Below, piece after piece: positions 19,543 to 29,255 of a stretch of 64,000 nt of DNA. Both the position numbers and the translations under genes were made by a program. The first letter of the stretch is position 1; the number at the start of each line of letters is the position of its first letter. A model generated the notes under the pieces. It was not told the origin of the DNA. It ran no database searches and saw only the letters and a program-made list of their open reading frames with translations. Source of the DNA: a plasmid; the sequence record NZ_CP018188.1; one strand, 5' to 3'.

Positions 19543-19846
19543 TGTTTTAAAAATATATCCATTGTTTATGTCAGAATAAGGAAATTTCAATCAAAAATTT
19601 GAGTATCTCTGTATTTTTACAATAAGAGACACCTTGTAATAAACCGAGATACTGTCAATAATTTTGTGTAAACACTCTAGTAGAGTTATGGAGTTTTAAT
19701 CAAATAAGGATGGCCATACGACAATAGTTGTATAGAGTCATTTCACGAAACGATCAAAAAGGAGCTTATTTATGCCGAAACTGATGTTAGTATGATTTTA
19801 TGGACACGTTTTGGTGGAATAGTATCTAACCAAAGGAGATGTCCAA

Positions 19847-20140
19847 ATGAGCCAAAAATATACCAAAGAGTTCAAGGAAACAATTGTTCAATTGCATGAA
19901 GCAGGACAGCCTGTTTTAGATCTAGTCAAAGAGTACGGAGTTGCCAACCAAACTATATACAAATGGCTTCAACTATACGGGAAATCTAAAGCTGAAAATG
20001 TATCCCTTCATGAACTCCAACAAATGCGCAAAGAGATGGCACAATTTTTGATAAAATTATATCAAAGTGACGAAGTTGTTGGTTTAGTTGATGTTAAAAA
20101 CTTTGAGTTTCACCTTAGTGGGCCATTGTTTAACCATTGA
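19847..20140 (+). pseudogene. IS3-family transposase OrfA fragment (IS861/IS904-like N-terminus), remnant
   Basis: MSQKYTKEFKETIVQLHEAGQPVLDLVKEYGVANQTIYKWLQ matches the HTH of IS3 OrfA. It diverges after about 70 aa and no orfB follows. Confidence 0.6.
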
Positions 20141-20154
20141 TTGTTACATGTGAT

Positions 20155-20192
20155 AAAAAAGCTGATGAATTTATATTTCATCAGCTTTTTTG
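20155..20192. terminator. Bidirectional intrinsic terminator
   Basis: AAAAGCTGATGAA ... TTCATCAGCTTTT is a perfect 13-bp stem flanked by A/T runs on both sides. Confidence 0.6.
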
Positions 20193-20209
20193 AGAGCTTA
20201 ATTTGACTA

Positions 20210-20485
20210 TTAGCTTATTTTGATAGTTAGATTTTTATTCAGAGCAGGTGCAATTTTGCTCATTGTTTCAATGCTTGTGTTATGTCCACGTTCAATGCGA
20301 GCAATGGTAGACTGTGGGACATGAGATAGGGAAGCTAGCTCCCTTTGGGTGAGACCTGCTGTTTGTCGTGCGTCAGAAACTGCAATAGCACTTTCCAAAA
20401 TAGCTTTTTCAGTTAAAAAGCCTTCTTTAAAATTATTGTCTGCTAGTTCGTTTTCTAAAAAATCATCAAATTTAATTGTGGTCAT
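20210..20485 (-). CDS. XRE-family HTH antitoxin (HigA-like)
   Basis: GAGGA RBS before ATG 20485 (MTTIKFDDF ...). The HTH region is GLTQRELASLSHVPQSTIARIERG. It lies directly downstream of a RelE/HigB-like toxin frame. Confidence 0.7.
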   Translation of the reverse strand: MTTIKFDDFLENELADNNFKEGFLTEKAILESAIAVSDARQTAGLTQRELASLSHVPQSTIARIERGHNTSIETMSKIAPALNKNLTIKIS

Positions 20486-20531
20486 GGTTGTTGTCCTCAA
20501 ATTCTTCTTTAAATCCTTAGCGTGTTTTATC

Positions 20532-20833
20532 TCACTCTGGGGTGTTTTTTGTTTTTTTGGTAAAGCCATGGGTGATGATGTAGCGTTCATTGAGAACATG
20601 AAAATAAAGTGCCCTTTGAATGTTAGAAGCAACCTTTGAGCGGATTTCAAAGATGTCGTCATCTAGCTTTTTCACCCATTCCATACGTTGAGCAACTAAA
20701 AGACCATGCTCTTGTATAGTGGCGATAGTTGCCAGTAATTTTTATTTGTCTTTAATTGGTATAGTTTGTAAAAATTCTAGGAACTCGGTGTGTCCATTTA
20801 ACCGAGTATAAAACTCAAATTTTGGCTTTTTCA
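20532..20833 (-). pseudogene. RelE/ParE(HigB)-family toxin gene with in-frame TAA at codon 31
   Basis: GGAGGTACA RBS before ATG 20833. MKKPKFEFYTRLNGHTEFLEFLQTIPIKDK*KLLATIATIQEHGLLVAQRMEWVKKLDDDIFEIRSKVASNIQRALYFHVLNERYIITHGFTKKTKNTPE. One nonsense codon (20741-20743) interrupts an otherwise full-length family member. Confidence 0.55.
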
Positions 20834-21244
20834 TTGTACCTCCATGATAGCATATATTGTTTTTTCTTCAAGAATAATATATGCTATGCTGCAATCATAT
20901 AGTAATTATGTATTTTTTATTCTTAATCTTAGTTTTGGTTTTGAAAATAGTAGTAAATTTATTCCATCTGTTGACGGTTGAGATAAACTCTAAGTGACAT
21001 ACATGTATGCCAAAGGAACACTTTGCGTATTTATTGTAATTTTAGATTAATTTCTATATTAGGATAGTGTTGTATTATGTCACTAAATAAAGGGAAATCA
21101 TAACTAAAGTAGAATTGGATTTGGTATAATAGTAATTGAAGTCACTGTACAGTAATTTTATGTATAACTTGAAAATTATTGACAGTATCGAAAATCAAAA
21201 GCTGTTAGAGCAAGGGAATCTTTTAAATCTAGGGGTTATCTTAA

Positions 21245-22138
21245 ATGACTAACATAATATTTTCACAAGTTCAAAAGAGTTTTCACAAGAAGTTGGTGTT
21301 AGACATTCCTGATTTTCAGGCAGATTCAGGTGAAATCATCTCCATTGTTGGTGGCAATGGTGCTGGCAAGTCAACTTTCATCAAACTTCTGGCAGGGATT
21401 TTCTTGCAGGATAAGGGAGAGGTTCGTGTGCATGGCGTTTCTAATCGTTCTAAGAAAATCAATTCGCTGGTCAAGTTTGTCTTGGAGAGCGGGCAGGGTT
21501 TGTACAGTTATTTAACTGCTATGGAAAATCTCCAGTATTTTATAGGCTTAAATGGGATTGCCTTGTCTCATATCAAAGCAGAAGTGGATGCTTTATGTGA
21601 CCAGCTGGCTTTTACACCCTACAAAGACACGCTGGTTTCGGAACTGTCCCAGGGCAATCGTCAGAAATTGACCTTAATCTTAGCCTTGGTGCAAAAACCG
21701 AAAGTACTCTGTTTGGATGAGCCGACCAATGGGTTAGATTTACTGGCAAAAAAGCAGCTGATGACTCTTTTGCAGGATTATGCTCGTCACCATCAAGCTA
21801 GTGTTTTCATCACCAGTCATGACGCTAGTTTTATCAAGAAGATCAGTAATCGGGTGGTGCTGATTCAGGAGGGACGGATCTATCGTGACGGAACCTTCGA
21901 GGAGATTTTTGGGACTGTCCACCAGCATGAAGTCTATCACTTGCTTCTGGCTAAGAGTGCAGAAAGCGTGCTGAGACAAAGCTTTCTTGAGTTGGACTAC
22001 AAGGTGCTTGAGGATGGGATTTCGATAGAGACCAGAAATCCAGCCTTTTATCGGCGATTACTAGAAGAAACGGAAGTCTTGCAGTTTAGCCGAGAGCCAG
22101 CCTCTTTGGAAGATTTGCTTTATGAGGTGCTCAAATGA
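21245..22138 (+). CDS. ABC transporter ATP-binding protein
   Basis: Walker A GGNGAGKST, signature LSQGNRQKLTLILAL and Walker B LCLDEP. GC content is higher than in surrounding DNA. Confidence 0.85.
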   Translation: MTNIIFSQVQKSFHKKLVLDIPDFQADSGEIISIVGGNGAGKSTFIKLLAGIFLQDKGEVRVHGVSNRSKKINSLVKFVLESGQGLYSYLTAMENLQYFIGLNGIALSHIKAEVDALCDQLAFTPYKDTLVSELSQGNRQKLTLILALVQKPKVLCLDEPTNGLDLLAKKQLMTLLQDYARHHQASVFITSHDASFIKKISNRVVLIQEGRIYRDGTFEEIFGTVHQHEVYHLLLAKSAESVLRQSFLELDYKVLEDGISIETRNPAFYRRLLEETEVLQFSREPASLEDLLYEVLK

Positions 22139-22875
22139 TGCTAGCAGCGATTGGACGGGAGTTTAGCCGCCAACTGAGCGAATACAAACAGTTCAGAGTC
22201 AATCTTCTCTTTGCTAATCTGGGAATTTTCTTTCTTGTCACGGGTTTTCTGACTTATTTTGATAGCCAGCAAGATACTTTTGAGTTATTTATCTTGCTGT
22301 TTACTTGGTATTTTTCTAGCCATAGTATCACCCATCCGACCTATTTTATCGAGGATGAGATTGCAGACCGCACCATTATCAACGTGATTCAGAGTCGGCG
22401 GAGCATCTTTGGCATGCTTTTTATCAAAATTATCGTGCAGATTTTGTTGGACTTGGTCAAGGCCATTCCTTTGTTCTGCTTGGTTGCCTTGGTTCAGCAG
22501 ATTGCCTTTCCTACTGACTGGATTGATACAGTTGTTCCCTTTCTTCTGTCCTTTGTGGTCATTGCCTCCCTTTATGGTCTGGGCTTTCTCTTTGCCAGTT
22601 TTTCCTTTGTCTTTACAAAAATTTCCAGTATTACTAGCCTCCTTGCTTACGGGATTCTCTTTTTGGTTGGTTTTCAGGAACCATCGAGTCATTTGATGGT
22701 TACTTTATCTCGTTGTTTGCCTTTCCATCTCTTGGTGAGTTTTATCCGTCAGCCAAGTTGGTTCCTTTTTTTATTATCACTGGGATACGGTTTGTTTTAC
22801 TGGCTCTTGGGCTACTTTTGCTTTCAAACTTGTTTGACCTTTGCCAAAAAGAAGGGAAGTTTGTTCCATGTATAA
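22135..22875 (+). CDS. ABC-2-type permease/membrane protein
   Basis: Polytopic membrane protein, overlap-coupled to the ATPase. Confidence 0.7.
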   Translation: MMLAAIGREFSRQLSEYKQFRVNLLFANLGIFFLVTGFLTYFDSQQDTFELFILLFTWYFSSHSITHPTYFIEDEIADRTIINVIQSRRSIFGMLFIKIIVQILLDLVKAIPLFCLVALVQQIAFPTDWIDTVVPFLLSFVVIASLYGLGFLFASFSFVFTKISSITSLLAYGILFLVGFQEPSSHLMVTLSRCLPFHLLVSFIRQPSWFLFLLSLGYGLFYWLLGYFCFQTCLTFAKKKGSLFHV

Positions 22876-23446
22876 TGAAGTGAAGCGATTTTATCTCTTT
22901 CGCAGGAGACGCTGGGTGGATACCCTGTTTGACACCCTCTACCACATTATTTTCATTCTTGGTTTTTATAGCCTTTTGAGGGGAAATCCAGACTTTCAGC
23001 TGTCTTATTTTTATTACTATTTCATCTTGACTCATGTGGTTTCCTTGGGAAATGAGGAGTTGGAGTACGAGATTCGGTCGGGGCAATCTTTTGGCACCCA
23101 GTATGCTCTGCAATCAGTGTATAGAACTTACCTGCAACGAGCAGTGGTTTACTTTGTTTGGTTGTCTTTGATTTTCTGGATTGCCCTACTGTTGATTCGT
23201 CAGGATTTACTACCCCACTTTTCTTTGAAGGTCATCAGTTTCCAGGAACTGCTCGTGGTATTGATTGCTTTCCTGATTTTCCTCGGCTATTACTTTGTCA
23301 TGATTCGACTTACTATCCGCTTTCAACGGATTTCATTCTTGGTAGATTTTCTAAACACCGTGCTCTTATTCTACTCAGGGCTCGTATTTCCAGTGGTGAG
23401 TTTTGGGAATTTGAAGAAATTATTTGATTGGCTTTTAAGAAATTAA
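22868..23446 (+). CDS. Second membrane component of the ABC system
   Basis: ATG 22868 overlaps the upstream stop. The protein has several hydrophobic helices. Confidence 0.6.
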   Translation: MYNEVKRFYLFRRRRWVDTLFDTLYHIIFILGFYSLLRGNPDFQLSYFYYYFILTHVVSLGNEELEYEIRSGQSFGTQYALQSVYRTYLQRAVVYFVWLSLIFWIALLLIRQDLLPHFSLKVISFQELLVVLIAFLIFLGYYFVMIRLTIRFQRISFLVDFLNTVLLFYSGLVFPVVSFGNLKKLFDWLLRN

Positions 23447-23544
23447 GGATTCTTTTTCAATGCAGAGTCCTTTTTCTATTGTGATACTTTTTTAAAGATT
23501 TATCTGTTATGCTTGACCTAGTTTTTATAGAAAGAAGGTCTAAG

Positions 23545-24186
23545 ATGTTAAATAAAGTCAAAACTAAAGCCTTAATTAGTGTTGGAGCAGTAGCCTCAAC
23601 TAGCTTTATTCTCATGATGGGATATACTGCTGGTCAACATTCTACTGCTAAACAAAGTCGAAAAGAAATCGAGTTGGCTGCAGCTAAACTTGTAGAGGAC
23701 AAACAAGTAGAAGATAAAGCAAGTATTTTATCATCAGATACTGTAAAAGAATTTTTGACACAGTACTATACGAAAGAAAAACTAGGGGAAAATAATACAC
23801 GTATTCAACCTTATATGACTGAATCGGCTTATTCTCAAGAATTGACAAGTCAAAATGATGCCATGAACCAAGTCTATAAGGACTATATTTTGGATTATCA
23901 TTTTGAAAAAGCTGATATCTTTGTCAATCAGACTACGAATCAAGCTATTGTCATGGTGTCTTATAATGTAACCTATGTATCTGATTTAAAGAATGCTAAC
24001 CAATCAAAGACAAACCAAACAGAAACCCGAACGGTTAAATTGTCCTATTCTAAACTACCTGGTAAGTTATTGGTCAATCAAGTACAGGTTTGGAAATCTG
24101 GATTAGATGATTTAGATAAGGCAACTCCCAAAACCTTAGAAGACTCATCATCAGTTCCATCATTGCCAAATACTACGACAAAATGA
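23545..24186 (+). CDS. Membrane-anchored extracellular hypothetical protein
   Basis: GAAAGAAGG RBS before ATG 23545. An N-terminal TM helix is followed by a polar extracytoplasmic domain. Confidence 0.5.
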   Translation: MLNKVKTKALISVGAVASTSFILMMGYTAGQHSTAKQSRKEIELAAAKLVEDKQVEDKASILSSDTVKEFLTQYYTKEKLGENNTRIQPYMTESAYSQELTSQNDAMNQVYKDYILDYHFEKADIFVNQTTNQAIVMVSYNVTYVSDLKNANQSKTNQTETRTVKLSYSKLPGKLLVNQVQVWKSGLDDLDKATPKTLEDSSSVPSLPNTTTK

Positions 24187-24654
24187 TGATATTGCATGGA
24201 AATAGAAGAATGTAAGCAAATTTCAATTCTTGATGTAGCAAGTCGTTTAGGTATCTCCTTTAAACAAGTTTCTAGCAGTGTCTATGAACATCCTGAACAC
24301 GTTGAGTGTGTAGCTTTGCTTGTGCGAGCTAATTCATCAGTGAAGTAGATGTTCAGCAAATGCTATAGCTTTCGTAGACTGAGGAGATTACGACGAAATA
24401 ATACGGTAATTCCGAACCGCTGAGTGTGTAAGATTGCTTATAAAAGCGTAAAAACCTTGTAATGAATCAATAATGAAAAGCCTTGATTGTAAGGCTTTTC
24501 ATTATTGTGATAGAATATAGTTAGTTATAAATAGAGAGCCAATAAGAAGCAGTAAAAATATTATTCATTAAATAATCAAGCTAGCGTAGACGAACTGGAT
24601 AGGTTACTAGTGAAAACTGCAAGATGTGATGTGAAAAGAATCGGAGAGTGCTTG

Positions 24655-25530
24655 ATGGATTTTAGTAGTAAGGTAGCCATAAATAAAGGCTGGTCAGATG
24701 ATAAAAAATATTGTGTGACAGATCAAAATCAGCAAAACTATTTCTTGCGTGTTTCTGATAAGGAGAAGTTAGATTCTAAAAAATTTGAATTTGATATGAT
24801 GAAGAAAGTAGCTTCTCTTGGAGTTCCGATGTGTAAACCAATTAGCATTGAACTCTGCGATGACGAAGTACATTCTTTACACGAATGGATAGACGGGAAA
24901 GATGCAAGAGAAACCATTTTAACTGTTTCGAAAGAACAACAATACACTTACGGAGTAGAAGCAGGAAACATACTTCGAAAAATTCATTCACTTCCTGTTA
25001 CAGAAGATCGTGAAGATTGGGAACCCTTTTATAATCGAAAAATTGATGACAAAATCAAAAAATACAAAGAATGTCCCGTTCAATACGAAAATGGTCAGAT
25101 TTTTATTGATTATTTAAATGCAAATCGAGAATGGTTAAAAGATAGACCTCAGGTTTTCCAACATGGGGATTATCATATCGGAAATTTCATGATTGGAAAA
25201 GATGGTAAAATTTATGTCATTGACTTTGATCGATTTGATCTTGGAGATCCTTGGGAGGAGTTCAATCGTATTGTGTGGTCCGCTCAAGTATCTCCCTCTT
25301 TTGCATCTGGTATGATAGATGGATATTTTGATGACAAGGTTCCAGATTTATTTTGGAAACTTCTTGCCATTTACATTCTAACTAATATAGTTGGAGCTCT
25401 ACCCTGGGCTCTACCTTATGGAAGCGAAGAAATAGCAGTAATGCAAAATCAAGCTAAGGAAATTTTAGAATGGTATGATGATTTGAAGCAAATCATTCCT
25501 AGTTGGTACTTGAATAAGATGACTGAATAA
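24655..25530 (+). CDS. APH-fold phosphotransferase (aminoglycoside/choline-kinase-like family), substrate unknown
   Basis: GGAGAG RBS. Catalytic loop HGDYHIGNF and DFD-type motif IDFDRFDLGDP are present. Confidence 0.7.
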   Translation: MDFSSKVAINKGWSDDKKYCVTDQNQQNYFLRVSDKEKLDSKKFEFDMMKKVASLGVPMCKPISIELCDDEVHSLHEWIDGKDARETILTVSKEQQYTYGVEAGNILRKIHSLPVTEDREDWEPFYNRKIDDKIKKYKECPVQYENGQIFIDYLNANREWLKDRPQVFQHGDYHIGNFMIGKDGKIYVIDFDRFDLGDPWEEFNRIVWSAQVSPSFASGMIDGYFDDKVPDLFWKLLAIYILTNIVGALPWALPYGSEEIAVMQNQAKEILEWYDDLKQIIPSWYLNKMTE

Positions 25531-25660
25531 TATAAAGGTTGAAATATCAGTTTGAAAAAATGTCAAGATTATTTGCTCATATTATAACGAATTCAATTCT
25601 TTATTAATACCTATCGAGAATTATCTTGAAACTTGGAATGTTGTTTCGGAGTCAAGTTAC

Positions 25661-26278
25661 ATGAAAGAATATATTTTAAATTTAGAAAAAGAATTCTCTT
25701 TGATAGAAAATGGATTTAAAGAAGAAGAGAAGAGAGCTCTTGCTGACTATCTATCAAACGATAATGCCTATACTAAAGAATTAGCATTTTTAGCCTTTAA
25801 ATCCAATGTATATCAAGTTAGAATGTATAGTGTATTTCTCTTTGGACATTTGTCATCGTATGAAGAAATTTTGAACTTCATGAGAGATGAGGTTTCAAAA
25901 GATGAAAATTGGAGAGTTCAAGAAGTATTAGCAAAAGCATTTGATGAATTTTGTAAGCAAACAGGTTATGAAAAATCTCTTCCGGTTATTGACGACTGGC
26001 TACAAAATAATAATCCAAATGTCAGAAGAGCTGTTACAGAAGGTTTGAGAATATGGACGAGTAGACCATATTTCAAGGATAATCCAGATGAAGCTATTAA
26101 ACGAATCGCAACATTAAAAGAAGATTCTAGTGAATATGTTAGAAAATCAGTTGGTAATGCTTTGAGGGATATTAGCAAAAAATTTCCAGACTTGATTAAA
26201 GAAGAACTTGATAGTTGGGACATTAAGAGTAAAGAGATTCAAAAAGTTTACAAGTTAGCAAGTAAATTTATTAAGTGA
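25661..26278 (+). CDS. HEAT-repeat DNA alkylation repair-like protein (AlkD/AlkC-like)
   Basis: Helical-repeat signature WRVQEVLAKAF ... NPNVRRAVTEGLR ... EYVRKSVGNALRD. The family assignment rests on the motifs alone and is unverified. Confidence 0.5.
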   Translation: MKEYILNLEKEFSLIENGFKEEEKRALADYLSNDNAYTKELAFLAFKSNVYQVRMYSVFLFGHLSSYEEILNFMRDEVSKDENWRVQEVLAKAFDEFCKQTGYEKSLPVIDDWLQNNNPNVRRAVTEGLRIWTSRPYFKDNPDEAIKRIATLKEDSSEYVRKSVGNALRDISKKFPDLIKEELDSWDIKSKEIQKVYKLASKFIK

Positions 26279-26659
26279 CAATTATCAGCTACAAAGTTGG
26301 AAAAATGGTAACTATAAAATATTTTCAATCTAAAGTTTAATTTTAAACAACAACTCTATCTCTTTCGTTCTATAATATAGATGTTGACTAACTCCATACG
26401 TGGAGTGTGTAGCTTTGCTTGTATGAAAGGAAGCAAGAGATGATTTAAGTCAGTTAGATCTTCTAGCTTGGGGAACAAAAGATATGCCGACATTTCTTTT
26501 CTGTCTGATGGAATCGGCATTAGACAATTACCGAGGATTTTATTCCTTGAGAGATTTGATGGAGGATGCTAACGGTACCCTTCAGCAAGGTTACGATAAA
26601 GCAGTTTACTGGATCTATAGTGGTGTCAAAGGACAATATAAATATTAGAAGGAGAAAAA

Positions 26660-26818
26660 ATGACTAAACATAGCTATGTTACGAAATTTAAGCGTAAAGA
26701 CGAAACCGTCTTTACGAAAAGGTTTTTAGCTTCAGATTTATTTGAGGCTGATGAACATGCGCTAGAGTATGCCACTAAGCGAGATATTCTCTATCTCGAC
26801 TTAGGGCATGCAGGATAG
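26660..26818 (+). CDS. Small hypothetical protein (52 aa); a decayed copy lies at about 6540-6640
   Basis: GGAGAAAAAATG RBS context. The remnant with similar C-terminus (..ALEYDTKRDIFYL..) sits upstream of the IS3 element. Confidence 0.5.
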   Translation: MTKHSYVTKFKRKDETVFTKRFLASDLFEADEHALEYATKRDILYLDLGHAG

Positions 26819-26891
26819 TAGTCAGTAGAAAGTAGAAGCTGGGACAAAAGTCCTAGCTTCTCAATACATTCCTCTTTTAATTAATTTATCT

Positions 26892-27674
26892 CTACAATTC
26901 TCTAATAAGGGCTGCAATTTTTTTCGATTCTGACCACTGTAGATAGTGGTGGCTCCCACCTAGAATGAGTTTTGTATTAGAATTCCAATATTCTGAATCT
27001 CTATACTCTTTTTCTCTGTACGCCTGACAAAATACGAAAACAGGAATATTATCTGCTAAGGACAAACTATCAAAATCTTCAGAAGTAATATTTACAGATA
27101 TCTGAAATCCAGGAACTTGATTTTCCAATTCTAAGCCCTTTTCTTCCATCAATTCCCAAATCAGTCTATCAGTTTCAGGTTCAAATGTTGCTTGAGTTAG
27201 TCCCTTAAAATAATTTTCCGGACCACATTCTTCGATCATTCTCATTTGCTCTTCCATTTTTGGATAAGGATTTTTTGAAAAATCAGCAAACATTACATTT
27301 TTTGTTGTTGGTTCAATTGCTATCAAAGCTTGACACTTAATTGGTTTACTCATTAACTTTAAAGCCAAAACACCACTTAAACTATGAACACAAAGTATAT
27401 AATTGGAAATTTCCAATCCTTTCAGGATTTCGTATACCGCTTCAACAAGATTATCCAAATTAATTCCTGTTTGATTATGAATCGGACTCCTACCTGTATT
27501 CGGAAAATCAATCGTAAGGTAACCTATTGAGGAAGGAAGTTTTTCAAGTATTGGTAGAAAATTTTCATAACTCGGTATCAAACCAGCACCATTTAAACAA
27601 ACTAGTACTTTATTTCGCTTTTTATAAGTAACAGAGAAACAACCAATCTTTGTAGTTACTTCAAATCGGTTCAT
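26892..27674 (-). CDS. alpha/beta-hydrolase fold protein
   Basis: Nucleophile elbow VHSLSG (GXSXG). ATG 27674 is preferred over the upstream TTG. Confidence 0.7.
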   Translation of the reverse strand: MNRFEVTTKIGCFSVTYKKRNKVLVCLNGAGLIPSYENFLPILEKLPSSIGYLTIDFPNTGRSPIHNQTGINLDNLVEAVYEILKGLEISNYILCVHSLSGVLALKLMSKPIKCQALIAIEPTTKNVMFADFSKNPYPKMEEQMRMIEECGPENYFKGLTQATFEPETDRLIWELMEEKGLELENQVPGFQISVNITSEDFDSLSLADNIPVFVFCQAYREKEYRDSEYWNSNTKLILGGSHHYLQWSESKKIAALIREL

Positions 27675-27766
27675 ATCAAAACAACTCTTTCTATACAACA
27701 ATTCAATTAACAACCTTACGTTTTATTTTATCACGTTCAGAGGATTTTCTCAAAAGCTCTTTTTTG

Positions 27767-28006
27767 CTAGAAACTGCTCCAAATCCTTTGCAGACTGGTA
27801 TATGACAGCTGCTGTTTGATCCTTTTCAAGGTGGGGTCGATATCATTAATAGTAGCGATTAAAACTGTATAGTGAATGATATCAGCCAGTTCTTTGGCCT
27901 CTTCCTCATTTGAATCCCGAAGCCCCTCTTTTTGTCCAGAATGTCCATTTAAGACCTCAGCTACTTTACCAACCTCTTCGACGAGTTTGATATACAGCCC
28001 TTCCAC
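27767..28006 (-). CDS. MazG-like nucleotide pyrophosphohydrolase domain protein, probably N-terminally truncated by rearrangement
   Basis: EEVGKVAEV ... EEEAKELADIIHYTVLIA matches the MazG EExxE ... D helix pair. The GTG start abuts exactly the breakpoint with the ASCH fragment. Confidence 0.45.
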   Translation of the reverse strand: MEGLYIKLVEEVGKVAEVLNGHSGQKEGLRDSNEEEAKELADIIHYTVLIATINDIDPTLKRIKQQLSYTSLQRIWSSF

Positions 28007-28008
28007 AA

Positions 28009-28266
28009 GAAGGGACCTTTGATATCATTTTAGATAGCCAAGATCAGGCTGTCTGCATTGTCGAAATAACAAAGGTTTCTGTTCAGCCTTTTCATCAAGT
28101 GTCAGCTGACCATGCCTTCAAGGAAGGGGAAGGTGACAAATCCCTAGCCTATTGGCGTCAGGTTCATGAGGCCTGTTTCTCCGAGTGGCTGAGAGAGGCA
28201 GGAATGACTTTTACACCTAACAGCAAGGTTGTTTTAGAAGAATTTCGCAAGGTTTATCCATTATAG
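28009..28266 (+). pseudogene. 5'-truncated second copy of the ASCH gene (homologous to 6165-6424)
   Basis: About 85% nucleotide identity to the 3' 260 bp of the ASCH gene. Homology begins abruptly at cccttccacaagaagg. Confidence 0.7.
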
Positions 28267-28404
28267 AACATGAGAGTAGGGCTGTAAAAGCTGATGAAAT
28301 CAGCGTAGTAGAGCCCACTCAACCACTGCGTCTTGCTCGACAATCCAAAGACAATTGAGAGGCTAGGATTTTGTCCCAGCCTCTTTTTAAAGGGGATATT
28401 CGAG

Positions 28405-28665
28405 ATGCGTTTTATTTCTAAAAGTGACAGAGATTTGGCTTTTGAACAGGCTCTCTTGAGATATGATATCATAAAAAAAGGGCTACTTAAGATTTCGAAA
28501 GAAGAGCTGTCATCGGCACAAGAGACAACTCTAGAAGAGTTAGATGAAATGTCTGGAGTTGTTAAGCAACTAACGTGTGGGGAAGCAGTTGCAGATTTAA
28601 TTGCCTATGCTTTCCTAGATGATATGGAGTTAAATTGGGAATTTTCCCAAGCTAGTGACTCCTAA
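28405..28665 (+). CDS. Hypothetical protein (86 aa); a decayed copy lies at about 6700-6870
   Basis: AAAGGGGA RBS before ATG 28405. The remnant upstream of the IS3 element retains DRDLAFGQAL ... SSAQETTPEELDD. Confidence 0.5.
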   Translation: MRFISKSDRDLAFEQALLRYDIIKKGLLKISKEELSSAQETTLEELDEMSGVVKQLTCGEAVADLIAYAFLDDMELNWEFSQASDS

Positions 28666-28776
28666 TAGTAGAAATTAAAAAGGCACTTAAAGTTTTTTAA
28701 CTTTGAGTGCCTTTTTTTGTTACTTTTTTGTATCTTTTACGAATAGATATATTGTAGAAAATAGGAGGTATATAAA

Positions 28777-28959
28777 ATGATGACTTATGATGAAGTAATG
28801 GAAGCGATAGAAAGAGGGTTTATCAAGGGCGATAAGATCAGTATTGTCCGACGAAATGGGAAAATCCATGATTATGTCTTGCCAGGAGAGAAAGTAGAAC
28901 CTGGAGAAATGGTGACAGAAGAGGACGTAGAAACTGTACTTGAAGAGTTGAGGGAATAG
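28777..28959 (+). CDS. Small hypothetical protein (60 aa), paralogue of 8793-8978
   Basis: Promoter/RBS region is identical to the first copy. Product is MMTYDEVMEAIERGFIKGDKISIVRRNGKIHDYVLPGEKVEPGEMV... Confidence 0.5.
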   Translation: MMTYDEVMEAIERGFIKGDKISIVRRNGKIHDYVLPGEKVEPGEMVTEEDVETVLEELRE

Positions 28960-29255
28960 GATGAGAGAGAGTTTTTATTTGAGAAATAGATTGATTTATC
29001 TTTAGTTATAATTCTATACAAAAATTGGTGATATTTTATGGAAGAGGTCAAATTTTATAGTATGTTGGAAAAGAAAGAGGAGAAGTGAGAACATGATATC
29101 ACCTGAATTCAACAGTCAACAAAATTGAGATTGAAGTAGTGACACATTAATTAGTGTCTCTACTTTTTTTAATTATGGAAGTGTTTTCGTGGTATAATAT
29201 GGAAAAAGTGTAGTTTCATTATATTGAGACAATTTATAAGAAATGAGAGTTCATC

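Noticed and set aside
24655-25530. Calling the APH-fold kinase an aminoglycoside resistance gene
   Set aside because: Only the generic protein-kinase-like catalytic loop and DFD motif are recognisable. The family also includes choline, ethanolamine and other small-molecule kinases, so substrate specificity cannot be inferred.
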